A stretch of 64,000 nucleotides of DNA from Minisyncoccota bacterium (GCA_041664585.1 JBAYKL010000004.1:19775-83774); one strand, 5' to 3'; numbered from the stretch's first letter, positions 38,081 through 48,315 are shown. The notes: a model not told the origin generated them from the sequence alone. A program made the numbers and translations.

Positions 38081-38953
38081 ATGGAAACAAAAACCTTAAT
38101 AACAAAACCAAGCGCCGATTACGAGCTCTTAGATTCTGGTAATGAAGAAAAACTTGAGAGATATGGTAAATATATTTTGAGAAGACCAGACCCACAAGCT
38201 TTGTGGAGGAAGCTTTTACCAGAAAGTGATTGGAAAAATGCCAATGCGTATTTCTTTCGTGATAGCGATAGACAGGGTTGGAAGAAGAATTCAGAAATGC
38301 CAGATGAGTGGCAGATTTCTTTTGGTGATTTGAAATTCAACATTAAACCAACAGCTTTTAAACATACCGGAGTATTTCCAGAACAAGAACCAAATTGGAA
38401 TTGGATAAAAGAAAAAGTTAAAAATGCAAATAGACCTATAAAAGTTTTAAATCTTTTCGGATATACTGGTGGTGCTACTATTGCTGGTCTTTCTGCTGGA
38501 GCAGAAGTGACACATATAGATAGTTCAAAGACATCTTTAGCTTGGGCAAAAGAAAATGCAGAGATTTCTGGATTGAAAGACAAGCCAGCAAGATGGCTAC
38601 TTGATGATGCTAGAAAATTTGTGATGAGAGAAATAAAGAGAGAGGTTAAGTATGATGGAATAATAATGGACCCACCTTCTTTTGGTAGAGGGGGGAAGAA
38701 TGAACTCTGGAAGATAGAAGAAGACTTTTTAGATCTTTTAGATTCTTGTGCAAAAATACTTTCTGATAAACCGATTTTCTTTTTGGTAAATGGCTATGCT
38801 GCAGGATATTCTGCTCATGCCTATAAAAACGCACTTGCTCCGATAGTAGAAAAATACGGTGGAGAAATAGAGATAGGGGAACTAACAATAGAAGAATCAA
38901 AATCTGGCAGACTTCTACCTTGTGGTATATTTGCCCGTTGGTCTTCTAAGTAA
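38081..38953 (+). CDS. Class I SAM-dependent methyltransferase (RlmI/RlmK-like)
   Basis: HTGVFPEQ, VLNLFGYTGG, DPPSFGRG. Confidence 0.9.
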   Translation: METKTLITKPSADYELLDSGNEEKLERYGKYILRRPDPQALWRKLLPESDWKNANAYFFRDSDRQGWKKNSEMPDEWQISFGDLKFNIKPTAFKHTGVFPEQEPNWNWIKEKVKNANRPIKVLNLFGYTGGATIAGLSAGAEVTHIDSSKTSLAWAKENAEISGLKDKPARWLLDDARKFVMREIKREVKYDGIIMDPPSFGRGGKNELWKIEEDFLDLLDSCAKILSDKPIFFLVNGYAAGYSAHAYKNALAPIVEKYGGEIEIGELTIEESKSGRLLPCGIFARWSSK

Positions 38954-38965
38954 TTTAAACTCAAT

Positions 38966-39799
38966 ATGATATTAGATGGCAAAAAAGTCCGTGATTTTTT
39001 AGCGGAAAATATAAAAAAAGAATTAAATAAGATTGGGCAAAAACCCAAGCTTGTTATTTTACAAGTCGGAAATGACGAGAGATCTTCCGCATATGTAAAA
39101 CAAAAGAAAATTTTTGGAGAAAAACTAGGATTTGAAGTTGAGTATGTGCAGTTTGATAAAAAAGTTTTGGAGAAGGAATTAATTTCCAGAATTAATAAAT
39201 ATAATGAGGATAAAAATACTAATGGAATAATTATTCAACTTCCTCTCCCTAAGAATCTGGACACCTTAAAGATTATTGAATCAGTTTCTTCAGAAAAAGA
39301 TGTAGATGGATTAAATTCTAAAAATTTGAGATTGGTACTTGAGGGTAGAAGCGGGGGATTTATTCCAGCGACCACAAAAGGTATTTTTTCTCTACTAGAT
39401 TTTTATAAAATAAATATAGAAGGTAAAAAAGTTGTAGTAGTAGGGAGGTCTCTGCTAGTGGGTAGACCAACAGCCTTAATGTTTTTGAATAGAAATGCTA
39501 CAGTGACGGTTTGCCATACAAAGACAAAGAACTTAAAACAAGAAATCCTAAGGGCTGACATAGTTGTTTCGGCTGTTGGGCACCCAAATCTAATTAAAAA
39601 GAGTTTTGTTAGAAGTGGGCAGATAATAATAGATGTCGGTATTACAAAAGTTGGAGATATTCTAGTCGGCGATGTGGATTATAGGGCTGTAAATAGGCTT
39701 GTGAAGGCCATAACTCCTGTTCCCGGTGGTATTGGTCCAATGACTGTTATTTCTCTCTTCGAAAACCTTTTGTTAGCCCATAGAAGACAGAATAGTTAG
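38966..39799 (+). CDS. folD: Methylenetetrahydrofolate dehydrogenase/cyclohydrolase
   Basis: QLPLP, KDVDG, GRSLLVG, TPVPGGIGPMT. Confidence 0.97.
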   Translation: MILDGKKVRDFLAENIKKELNKIGQKPKLVILQVGNDERSSAYVKQKKIFGEKLGFEVEYVQFDKKVLEKELISRINKYNEDKNTNGIIIQLPLPKNLDTLKIIESVSSEKDVDGLNSKNLRLVLEGRSGGFIPATTKGIFSLLDFYKINIEGKKVVVVGRSLLVGRPTALMFLNRNATVTVCHTKTKNLKQEILRADIVVSAVGHPNLIKKSFVRSGQIIIDVGITKVGDILVGDVDYRAVNRLVKAITPVPGGIGPMTVISLFENLLLAHRRQNS

Positions 39800-39839
39800 T
39801 GTGATATAATAGTGAGGTTACTAGTTAATTATAAAAAAT

Positions 39840-40631
39840 ATGGATAATAAAATTGATATGTTGTTAAGCAACAAATGTTTAAAGAAAATACTAATAGCTC
39901 TAGCTGTTATTATTTCTCTTTTTGTTGTTGTGAAAATAGCAAAGGATATGAAGGAGTTTAAGTATATAGGTGATAACGCAGTAAGAAATTCTATTACTGT
40001 CGCTGGAAAAGGTGAGCTTATGGTAAAACCAGATATCGCTAATATTTCTTTTTCTATAACAGCTGAAGATATGGATGTGTCTAAAGCAAGTGACGTGGTA
40101 AATAAGAATATGGCGGAAGTTATAGCAAGCCTTAAGGCGAATGGTGTGTCTGAAAAAGATATAAAGACTACTGATTATAATATCTATCCTAGATATGATT
40201 ATGTAAAAGATGTCAGCATGTATTATTCTGGTAAACAAGTACTTGCAGGGTATAGCGTAACTCAAAGTATTGATTTGAAGATCAGAGATCTATCAAAGAC
40301 AGGTAAGATAATTACAGATCTTGGTAGTTTGAAAGTTACAAATATGAGTGGTCTCACTTTCACAAATGATAAGTATGATGATTTGGTAAAGCAAGCAAGA
40401 GAAGATGCTATAAAGCAAGCAAGAGCAGAAGCTAAGAAGCTTGCTAAATCTCTCGATGTAGATCTTGGGGATATTATTTCTTTCTCAGACAACAATAATT
40501 CTCCAATATACTATGCTAGAGATATGATGAAGTCATCTACTCTAGGAATGGGTGTTCCAGAAGCTGCTGTAGTTCCAACAGGGGAGAATAAGATTGTTTC
40601 AAATGTAAGCATTACTTACGAAATTAAGTAA
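39840..40631 (+). CDS. SIMPL (DUF541) domain protein
   Basis: ITVAGKG...PD; AREDAIKQARAEA..LA; VSITYEIK. Confidence 0.92.
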   Translation: MDNKIDMLLSNKCLKKILIALAVIISLFVVVKIAKDMKEFKYIGDNAVRNSITVAGKGELMVKPDIANISFSITAEDMDVSKASDVVNKNMAEVIASLKANGVSEKDIKTTDYNIYPRYDYVKDVSMYYSGKQVLAGYSVTQSIDLKIRDLSKTGKIITDLGSLKVTNMSGLTFTNDKYDDLVKQAREDAIKQARAEAKKLAKSLDVDLGDIISFSDNNNSPIYYARDMMKSSTLGMGVPEAAVVPTGENKIVSNVSITYEIK

Positions 40632-40652
40632 ATAAAGGCTATAAATTAATAG

Positions 40653-40688
40653 AAAAGAGGGCTGGATGCAAAGCATCTAGCCCTCTTG
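40653..40688 (+). terminator. Terminator-like hairpin
   Basis: AAGAGGGCTGGATGC-AAA-GCATCTAGCCCTCTT. Confidence 0.7.
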
Positions 40689-40764
40689 CATTTTATACCT
40701 ACTATGTGGTATTGTATTAATAAGCCCGCAAGGGCGGTTTTTTAAAGATTAATAAATTTCAATC

Positions 40765-40944
40765 ATGTCAAAACTATCAAATTACATTTTGGAAACAAAA
40801 GGAGAATTAAAGCACGTAAGTTGGCCTACAAAAAAACAGACGCTTATATTTACTTCACTTGTAATAATTATCTCAATCGGAGTTGCTATTTCTCTTGGTC
40901 TTTTTGACTATCTTTTTACAAGCATTTTAAAGATGTTTATATAA
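40765..40944 (+). CDS. secE: Preprotein translocase subunit SecE (not in ORF track)
   Basis: Translated by hand: MSKLSNYILETKGELKHVSWPTKKQTLIFTSLVIIISIGVAISLGLFDYLFTSILKMFI; directly before nusG. Confidence 0.95.
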   Translation: MSKLSNYILETKGELKHVSWPTKKQTLIFTSLVIIISIGVAISLGLFDYLFTSILKMFI

Positions 40945-40945
40945 T

Positions 40946-41491
40946 ATGGCGAAACAAACTATAGAGGAAGGAAGACACTGGTACGCTATTCACACCTATG
41001 CTGGGTATGAAAATGCTGTTGCTAGAAATTTGAAACAGAGAATCGATTCTTTAAATATGAATGGAAAGATTTTTGATGTGGTTGTTCCTGTAGAAAAGAA
41101 AATTAAAATAAAAGGAAATAAAAGAGTTGAAGAAGAAGAGAAGATATATCCCGGATACATTTTAGTAGATATGTTGGTAGACGATGAATCTTGGTTCGTT
41201 GTCAGAAACACTCCTAGAGTTACTGGTTTCGTTGGTGCTGGAGTATATCCTGTACCACTTACTCCAAAAGAAGTAGAATTCTTCTTAGGAAAGATGGGTG
41301 ATCAGAAAGTTACTCACGACGTTGCTTTCGCAAAAGGGGAGGATGTAAAGATAGTAGACGGTCCTTTCAAAGATTTAGAGGGAAAGATAAGTGAGATAGA
41401 TAGCGAGAAGGGTAAGGCGAGAGTTATGGTCCTTATGTTCGGTAGAGAAACTTCAGTCGAGCTTGATCTTCTACAGATAAGAAAAGCTTAG
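40946..41491 (+). CDS. nusG: Transcription factor NusG
   Basis: WYAIHTYAGYE, YPGYILV, VRNTPRVTGF, KOW domain, MFGRET. Confidence 0.98.
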   Translation: MAKQTIEEGRHWYAIHTYAGYENAVARNLKQRIDSLNMNGKIFDVVVPVEKKIKIKGNKRVEEEEKIYPGYILVDMLVDDESWFVVRNTPRVTGFVGAGVYPVPLTPKEVEFFLGKMGDQKVTHDVAFAKGEDVKIVDGPFKDLEGKISEIDSEKGKARVMVLMFGRETSVELDLLQIRKA

Positions 41492-41554
41492 CTTTACTTT
41501 CAGTCCAATTTCTGATACTTTATTCAAGCCTCTCAATAACTAATTAAAAAACAA

Positions 41555-41980
41555 ATGGCCAAGAAAATAACAAAAAAATTAAAACTTCAAATAGCTGCGG
41601 GTAAAGCTACCCCAGCTCCACCTATCGGTCCGGCTTTGGGTCAAGCAGGTATAAACATTGGTGACTTCGTCAACAAGTTCAATACAGCAACCAAAGACAA
41701 GATCGGAGACGTATTACCAGTAGTCATTACAGTTTATGAAGACAGATCTTATGATTTCATTCTTAAGACTCCTCCAACAGCCAGTATGATACTTAAGGCC
41801 CTTGGACAAGAAAAAGGTTCAGGTAAGCCAAATACAAAGAAAATAGGCTCAATCACAAAGGCTCAAGTAAAAGAAATTGCAGAAAAGAAGCTTGTAGATA
41901 TGAACGCAAACGATATAGCAGGTGCTATGAAAATGGTAGAAGGTGCGGCAAATTCTATGGGGGTTGAAGTAAAAGGATAA
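41555..41980 (+). CDS. rplK: 50S ribosomal protein L11
   Basis: [24 protein letters not shown]. Confidence 0.98.
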   Translation: MAKKITKKLKLQIAAGKATPAPPIGPALGQAGINIGDFVNKFNTATKDKIGDVLPVVITVYEDRSYDFILKTPPTASMILKALGQEKGSGKPNTKKIGSITKAQVKEIAEKKLVDMNANDIAGAMKMVEGAANSMGVEVKG

Positions 41981-41990
41981 TAAATTAAAT

Positions 41991-42024
41991 AAAAAGGCGG
42001 AATGCGAGAGCATTCCGCCTTTTG
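41991..42024 (+). terminator. Terminator after rplK
   Basis: AAAAGGCGGAATGC-GAGA-GCATTCCGCCTTTT. Confidence 0.88.
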
Positions 42025-42085
42025 CATTATTTTTTTCTCCTTGTCTACTCTTTGCAAGAGCTACTAAAAGAGTAAAATTATATGT

Positions 42086-42580
42086 ATGGAAAATACTAAA
42101 CATGTGAGACCAAGTTGGGATGAATATTTTATTCAATTAACAGAGCTTGTTGGTTCACGTGGTACTTGTGATCGCGGTCGTGCCGGATCTGTCATTGTAA
42201 AAAACAAAAGAATTATTGCTACGGGATATGTAGGAGCACCAGCTGGTTTACCAAGTTGTGATGAAGTGGGGCATGAGATGCATACCGTCACTCACGAAGA
42301 TGGAACTGTTTCTAAACACTGTATTAGAACTGGTCACGCAGAACAAAATGCGATAAATAATGCAGCACGTATTGGTGTTGCTACAGAAGGTGCCACCTTA
42401 TATTGCAAAATGACCCCTTGTTATAAGTGTGCTCAAAGTATTATCAATGCGGGTATTGTTAGAGTAGTGGCCGCTCAGGATTATCATAGTGGAGCAAGGA
42501 GCAAAGAAATTTTTAAAGAAACTGGTGTTGAGTTCGAGCTGTTGAAAGAGGAAATGACAACTTACGAAAATATGAAATAA
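42086..42580 (+). CDS. dCMP deaminase family protein (ComEB-like)
   Basis: RPSWDEYF, HAEQNA, PCYKC. Confidence 0.93.
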   Translation: MENTKHVRPSWDEYFIQLTELVGSRGTCDRGRAGSVIVKNKRIIATGYVGAPAGLPSCDEVGHEMHTVTHEDGTVSKHCIRTGHAEQNAINNAARIGVATEGATLYCKMTPCYKCAQSIINAGIVRVVAAQDYHSGARSKEIFKETGVEFELLKEEMTTYENMK

Positions 42581-42587
42581 AATATTT

Positions 42588-43139
42588 ATGAATAGAATCA
42601 TCTTAGCTGTAGTTGGTTTGCCTGGGTCTGGAAAAACAGAAGCAATAAATTATCTCATGGAGAAATATAAATGGCCGAAAGTTTATTTCGGCGATGTTAC
42701 TTTTGATGAAATGAAATTACGTGGTTTAGATATAAATGAAAAAAATGAAAGATTTGTGAGAGAAGATTTGAGGGCAAAATATGGCCAGCTTGTATATGCT
42801 CAAAAAGTTATTGAGAAAATAAAAAATATAAAAGAAGATACTAATATTTTAGTTGAGAGTTTGTATAGTTGGGATGAATATTTGGAATTCAAAAAAGAAT
42901 TCGGAGATTCTTTTAAGGTACTGGCGATTTATTCTTCACCAGAAACTCGCATCAAAAGACTTTCTGGCAGACCAATTCGTCCGCTTTCTAGAGAAGAAGT
43001 TGAATCTAGAGATTATTCCCAGATAGAGAATCTTAAACAAGCTGGCCCTATAGCAAGGGCGAATTTTACAATAGTAAATGAGGGTGAAATGGGGGAATTG
43101 TGCAGTGGAATTGATAAAATTGTTAGCAATATTTTATAA
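42588..43139 (+). CDS. P-loop nucleoside/nucleotide kinase (dephospho-CoA kinase-like, UPF0200-like)
   Basis: GLPGSGKT; R..R...R lid; RDYSQI. Confidence 0.75.
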   Translation: MNRIILAVVGLPGSGKTEAINYLMEKYKWPKVYFGDVTFDEMKLRGLDINEKNERFVREDLRAKYGQLVYAQKVIEKIKNIKEDTNILVESLYSWDEYLEFKKEFGDSFKVLAIYSSPETRIKRLSGRPIRPLSREEVESRDYSQIENLKQAGPIARANFTIVNEGEMGELCSGIDKIVSNIL

Positions 43140-43209
43140 TTGCTATTAGTTTATTTTTTGCTATTGTTTTAATAGATTTGTAATTTTAAACCTAAAATAA
43201 GGAGACTAT

Positions 43210-43836
43210 ATGAAAAAGGGATTATTTATAGTAATTGATAGCGGCGAAGGAGCTGGAAAGACTTCACAATTAAACCGTGCCAAGGAGATTTACGGTGACT
43301 CGCTGGTTTTAACTAGAGAACCAGGTGGTTCACCTTATGCTGAAGAGATTCGTCATATAATATTAAAATCTCCTTATGCAGCACAGGCAGATGCAAAAAC
43401 TTTGTTTGCTTTGTTTTGGGCAGCAAGAGCTGATCATTTAAAAAATACCGTTATCCCAGCATTAGAATCTGGGAAGACAGTAATATCTGATCGGTTTGAT
43501 TCGTCAACTTTTGCTTATCAAATTATTGCTCAGGGCGCCAAAGAATTGAAAGATTTTTTTTGGCAGATGCGAGATTTCTATCTCGGCGATCTCAAACCAG
43601 ATCTCTATATATACTTTGATATTGATCCAGTTATAGGGTTATCTCGCAAAAATAATCAGGGGGCAGATGAACGTAATCATTTCGAAGATCGAGAGATCGA
43701 ATTTCACAAAAAACTTCGGGAGGGTTACAAAGAGTTTATTACCCATGTTCCCCATGCTGTGATTGATGCTAGTCAACCAATCGATAAGGTCTGGGATGAT
43801 TTTAGATTAGTTTTAGAAAAATCTTTTGGGAACTAG
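43210..43836 (+). CDS. tmk: Thymidylate kinase
   Basis: GEGAGKTS, TREPGG, DRFDSSTFAYQ. Confidence 0.95.
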   Translation: MKKGLFIVIDSGEGAGKTSQLNRAKEIYGDSLVLTREPGGSPYAEEIRHIILKSPYAAQADAKTLFALFWAARADHLKNTVIPALESGKTVISDRFDSSTFAYQIIAQGAKELKDFFWQMRDFYLGDLKPDLYIYFDIDPVIGLSRKNNQGADERNHFEDREIEFHKKLREGYKEFITHVPHAVIDASQPIDKVWDDFRLVLEKSFGN

Positions 43837-43847
43837 CAACTCAAAAG

Positions 43848-43877
43848 AAAAAGGCATCCGAACGGATGCCTTTTTTG
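43848..43877. terminator. Bidirectional terminator
   Basis: AAAAAGGCATCCG-AA-CGGATGCCTTTTTT. Confidence 0.85.
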
Positions 43878-43881
43878 TTTT

Positions 43882-44382
43882 CTACTGTTTCCTTATGAAT
43901 TCCTGAAAGACGAAGTCGTAAGAATTTCTTTCGTCCTTCTCGTGTAGTTCGGATGAAACCATTTTCCAACCCTCTCCTAGGTTAGCATGGAAGTAAGCAT
44001 CGCCCTCACAATCAGCAGATACTTCAGTTATGTACAGTTTACTCGTTTTTGGTAGAAGCTGTTTGTAGATTTCAGCTCCACCAATAATAAACACCTCCTC
44101 TTCGTTGTTTGAGAACTTTTTAATAATTTCGTCTACAGACTTGGCTACTGTACAACCAGGAGCATCAAAATTACCTTGAGAGGTAATGACAATGTTTTCT
44201 CTATCCGGTAGTCCATGCCCGAGTCTTTTGACTATCGATTCATAGGTTTTTCGGCCCATGATTACTTTGTGGCCTCTGGTAATCTTGGCGAAATGTTTCA
44301 GATCATCAGAAAGCTTCCACGGGAGATCTCCTCCCTTACCGATCACTCCATTTTTTGCGATAGCTACAATGATTGATATCAT
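43882..44382 (-). CDS. folA: Dihydrofolate reductase
   Basis: LPWKLSDDL, MGRKTYES, LPDR, IGG, GDAYF. Confidence 0.97.
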   Translation of the reverse strand: MISIIVAIAKNGVIGKGGDLPWKLSDDLKHFAKITRGHKVIMGRKTYESIVKRLGHGLPDRENIVITSQGNFDAPGCTVAKSVDEIIKKFSNNEEEVFIIGGAEIYKQLLPKTSKLYITEVSADCEGDAYFHANLGEGWKMVSSELHEKDERNSYDFVFQEFIRKQ

Positions 44383-44398
44383 ATTTTTTTCTTTCTAC

Positions 44399-45226
44399 TT
44401 ACACGATCATTTTGGCTGCGATTGAGGGATGGAACTCGTAATCAACAAGTTTGATATCATCCATCGTGAACTTATCAAGCTCTTTTATTTCTGGATTCAA
44501 CCAGAGTTTAGGTAACTTTTTCGGTTCACGAGAAAGTTGTTCCTTCACCGCATCGAAATGCTCATGATAAATATGGGCATCGTTTAGTGTGAGAACACAT
44601 TCATGAGGTTCCATTCCAACCACTTGCGCGACCATTGCTAGTAGTAATGCATAAGAAGCAATATTGAAAGGAACTCCCAGAAACATATCACAGCTTCGTT
44701 GTGTCATATGTAATGATAATTTTCCGTTAGCGACAAAAAACTGGAAGATCATATGACAAGGCGGCAACGCCATCTGGTCAAGTTCTCCAGGATTCCATGC
44801 TGATACGACGAGGCGTCTGTCGCTCGGATCTGTTTTGAGTTTGTTGATTATATTTGCTATTTGATCAACTTCAGATCCATCTGGCTTTTTCCAATGTCTC
44901 CATTGGACACCATAAACTCGGCCGAGATCGCCAGGGAATTTTGCTTTTGGTTTCCAGTATGGAGCCTCAGCGTTGTCTGTCCAGATTGTATGGTCTTTGC
45001 CCATTATTTCTTTAAGACGTTCATCGCTGTCGCTACCTTCCAAAAACCATAGAAGTTCACCTTTGACTGCATTAAATGCGAGTTTTTTTGTTGTAACAGC
45101 CGGAAAGCCATCCGCCAAATTAAAACGCATTTGAATAGCAAAACAAGCCCTTGTCACTGCATTTCTGCCCTGACGATCGACACCTTTTTCTAGAATCTGT
45201 CGCAATACATCATTATATGTTTTCAT
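44399..45226 (-). CDS. thyA: Thymidylate synthase
   Basis: ELLWFL, YGVQWR, LPPCH, QRSCDMFLGVPFN, HIY. Confidence 0.98.
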   Translation of the reverse strand: MKTYNDVLRQILEKGVDRQGRNAVTRACFAIQMRFNLADGFPAVTTKKLAFNAVKGELLWFLEGSDSDERLKEIMGKDHTIWTDNAEAPYWKPKAKFPGDLGRVYGVQWRHWKKPDGSEVDQIANIINKLKTDPSDRRLVVSAWNPGELDQMALPPCHMIFQFFVANGKLSLHMTQRSCDMFLGVPFNIASYALLLAMVAQVVGMEPHECVLTLNDAHIYHEHFDAVKEQLSREPKKLPKLWLNPEIKELDKFTMDDIKLVDYEFHPSIAAKMIV

Positions 45227-45365
45227 GTTTTTTCTTTTATTATTAAAAAACCGACTTTGATTCTTTTCTATAATATCTCTTATCTATTAAAAAACAAGCT
45301 TGTTATTAACCATAATTTAACTTAATATTATTAATATAAATACATTATTATTAAATACAAAATCT

Positions 45366-46538
45366 ATGAAAGATAAACAAATAGAAAAGCTAATAAAAGC
45401 AGAGGAAGTAAGACAGAAAAAAACTATTTCTCTCATTGCTTCTGAAAATTATGTTTCTGAAGACGTTTTGAAAGCTCTTGGTTCAAAATTTACAAATAAA
45501 TATTCCGAAGGATATCCGGGCAAAAGATATTACAAAGGGCAAACTTTTACGGATAAAGTAGAAATACTTTGTAAAGAAAGAGCCCTTAAGCTTTTTGGTC
45601 TTTCGAAAAATAATTGGGCTGTAAATGTCCAAGCGCTTTCTGGATCACCCGCGAATCTCGCTGTATATCTTGCACTTGTAACTGTTGGAGGGAAGGTGAT
45701 GGGTATGACCCTAAGTCACGGTGGACATCTTACACATGGACACAAAGTTTCTGCTACAGGAAAGATTTGGAATCAAATACCATACGGAGTAAATAAAGAT
45801 ACAGAAGTTATTGATTATGAAGAATTGAAAAAGATTGCGGTGGAAAATAAACCAAATATGATAATTGCTGGTTTTACTGCATATCCAAGAGTCGTAGATT
45901 TTAAAAAGTTTAGAGAAATTGCAGATATTTGCGGAGCAATACTTATGGTAGACATGTCTCACTTTGCTGGGCTTGTTGCTGGTAAGGCATATCCTTCACC
46001 ATTTCCATATGCAGATGTTGTAACAACTACAGTACATAAAACTTTACGTGGTCCAAGAAGTGCTCTTATCTTTTCTAAAATAGACGAGAGAGAATTTGAT
46101 AAGAAGATAGACAAAGCTGTATTTCCAGGACTTCAGGGTGGCCCACACATGAATCAAGTGGCTGCTGTTGCTGTAGCTTTGAAAGAAGCGAGTACCCCTG
46201 CTTTTAAATCATATGCAAAACAAGTAATTAAAAATGCAAAAGTTCTTGCGGAAGAATTAAAAAAGCTTGGTTGGAAAATCGTTTCGGGGGGTACTGATAG
46301 TCATCTTATTTTGGTGGATACTTGGATGGAAGGTAAGGGAATAAGTGGAGAAGAGGCGAGTAACAGACTTGAGAAAGATGGAATTATTGTAAATAAAAAT
46401 ACTATTCCAAATGAAACTAGAAGTCCTATGGATCCATCTGGAATTCGCTTGGGTACTGCTGGGGAAACTACTCGTGGAGCGAAAGAGAAAGATATGATAA
46501 AGCTTGCGAAGAGAATTGGTAAAATACTTAAAAAATAA
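45366..46538 (+). CDS. glyA: Serine hydroxymethyltransferase
   Basis: LIASEN, GGHLTHG, TTTVHKTLRGPR, FPGLQGGP. Confidence 0.98.
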   Translation: MKDKQIEKLIKAEEVRQKKTISLIASENYVSEDVLKALGSKFTNKYSEGYPGKRYYKGQTFTDKVEILCKERALKLFGLSKNNWAVNVQALSGSPANLAVYLALVTVGGKVMGMTLSHGGHLTHGHKVSATGKIWNQIPYGVNKDTEVIDYEELKKIAVENKPNMIIAGFTAYPRVVDFKKFREIADICGAILMVDMSHFAGLVAGKAYPSPFPYADVVTTTVHKTLRGPRSALIFSKIDEREFDKKIDKAVFPGLQGGPHMNQVAAVAVALKEASTPAFKSYAKQVIKNAKVLAEELKKLGWKIVSGGTDSHLILVDTWMEGKGISGEEASNRLEKDGIIVNKNTIPNETRSPMDPSGIRLGTAGETTRGAKEKDMIKLAKRIGKILKK

Positions 46539-46539
46539 A

Positions 46540-46962
46540 ATGCAGTTGAAAATCAAAAAACTTATTGAAGACGCAATAATTCCAAAATATGCAACAAAAG
46601 ATGACGCAGGAATGGATCTTTTTGCTATAGAAAATGTTGAATTAGAACCAATGCAGAGAGCTCAAATTGGTACAGGTATTGCTATGGAAATTCCAGAAGG
46701 ACACGTTGGACTTATTTGGGATAAAAGTGGTTTGTCACATAAATTTGGGATTAAGACTTTGGGTGGGGTAGTAGACTCTGGATATAGAGGAGAAATAAAA
46801 ATTGGTGTGATAAATCTTGGAAAAGAAAAATATGTTTTTGAAAAAGGACACAAAGTCGCTCAGATGATAATTCAGAAAAAAGAAACCCCAGAAATAGTCG
46901 AAGCAACAGAACTTAATAATTCAGAAAGAGGGGAAGGAGGTTTTGGTTCCACAGGTAAATAA
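46540..46962 (+). CDS. dut: dUTP diphosphatase
   Basis: AGMDL, KSGL, GVVDSGYRGE, RGEGGFGSTG; start set to MQLKIKK. Confidence 0.97.
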   Translation: MQLKIKKLIEDAIIPKYATKDDAGMDLFAIENVELEPMQRAQIGTGIAMEIPEGHVGLIWDKSGLSHKFGIKTLGGVVDSGYRGEIKIGVINLGKEKYVFEKGHKVAQMIIQKKETPEIVEATELNNSERGEGGFGSTGK

Positions 46963-46997
46963 AGGACATTATTTTCTTTTTGTGCTAATCTTTTTCT

Positions 46998-48305
46998 ATG
47001 ATTAAAAAGGTAGTTAAAAAAACAGTATCTACAAAAGCAAAACCTAAGGCTTCTAAGCTAGAAGTCGTTAGTTATGATGTGGTTGTTGTTGGAGGTGGCC
47101 CTGCTGGGCTCATGGCTGCTGGTGTAGCCGCTAAGGATGGTGCAAAGGTACTTGTTATAGAAAAGAATGAAGAACTCGGTAAGAAGCTCCTTATTTCAGG
47201 CGGAGGCAGATGTAATATTACAAACGCTAATCCAAATCATAGAGATTTTGTTTCTAAATATGGAAAGAAAGGGAATTTTCTTTTTACACCTTTCTCTATT
47301 TTTAGTGTAAACGATTCAATTAAATTTTTTAATGATCTTGGGCTTAAAACAAAAGTTGAGCCAGGATTCAGAGTTTTCCCAGAAAGTAATAATTCAATAG
47401 ATGTTTTAGAGACTCTTGTAAGATATGCAAAAAATAATGGAGTTGAATTTAAGCTTTCCGCTGAAGTAGATAAGTTTAAGAAAGTCGGGGAGAAAATTTC
47501 TTCTATTGTTCTCAAAAATAGAGAAGAGATAAAAGCAAAAAGTTTTGTTTTAGCTACTGGAGGCAAATCTCATCCAGAAACTGGTTCTACTGGGGATGGT
47601 TTTAAATGGCTTAAGGAACTAGGACACAAGGTAGCGGATTCCAATCCATCACTTGTGCCAATAAAAATAAAAGAACTTTGGATAGGGGATTTTGCCGGTA
47701 TTACACTGGAAAATGTGGGTATTTCTGTATGGCAAGATTCAAAAAAGATTATAAATAAAAAAGGCAGAATACTTTTTACTCATGAAGGTGCTTCTGGGCC
47801 GACGATATTAAATATGAGTAAGGACATTGGAGATTTACTTCAATACGGGGAAACAAAAGTTGCAGTAGACTTTTTCCCTGGTATTGGATTAGACGAATTA
47901 CATGAAAAGTTTAAAAAGCTTTTTGAATTACATAGTAGTAAAAAGATTAAGAATCTTATTATAAATGAAGTTCCAGCTAAAATATTCTTGAAAATCTTAG
48001 GTCTACTTAAAATAGATGGAGATATCGAAATGCATTCAATTATGAGAGAGGAGAGAATCGCTATTATAGATAAATTAAAAAAGTTTGAGCTAAGAGTTAG
48101 CGGACTTCTTGGATATGACAAGGCTATTATCTCAAGTGGGGGATTAGATTTGAAAGAAGTGGATTTTAGAACAATGAAATCGAAACTTTTTGATAATCTT
48201 TTCTTTGTTGGAGATCTACTAGATTTCGATAGACCCTCCGGAGGTTTTTCGTTACAGCTCTGTTGGACCACGGGATATGTTGCAGGTAAAAATTCAGCAA
48301 ATTAA
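46998..48305 (+). CDS. HI0933/BaiN family flavoprotein
   Basis: GGGPAG, KLLISGGGRCNITN, ATGGKS, FTH.G.SGP, GGFSLQ. Confidence 0.93.
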   Translation: MIKKVVKKTVSTKAKPKASKLEVVSYDVVVVGGGPAGLMAAGVAAKDGAKVLVIEKNEELGKKLLISGGGRCNITNANPNHRDFVSKYGKKGNFLFTPFSIFSVNDSIKFFNDLGLKTKVEPGFRVFPESNNSIDVLETLVRYAKNNGVEFKLSAEVDKFKKVGEKISSIVLKNREEIKAKSFVLATGGKSHPETGSTGDGFKWLKELGHKVADSNPSLVPIKIKELWIGDFAGITLENVGISVWQDSKKIINKKGRILFTHEGASGPTILNMSKDIGDLLQYGETKVAVDFFPGIGLDELHEKFKKLFELHSSKKIKNLIINEVPAKIFLKILGLLKIDGDIEMHSIMREERIAIIDKLKKFELRVSGLLGYDKAIISSGGLDLKEVDFRTMKSKLFDNLFFVGDLLDFDRPSGGFSLQLCWTTGYVAGKNSAN

Positions 48306-48315
48306 TTATTGATAA

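Noticed and set aside
45227-45365. Very AT-rich gap as a second origin or riboswitch
   Set aside because: Explained by divergent thyA/glyA promoters; no DnaA boxes or stable structure seen
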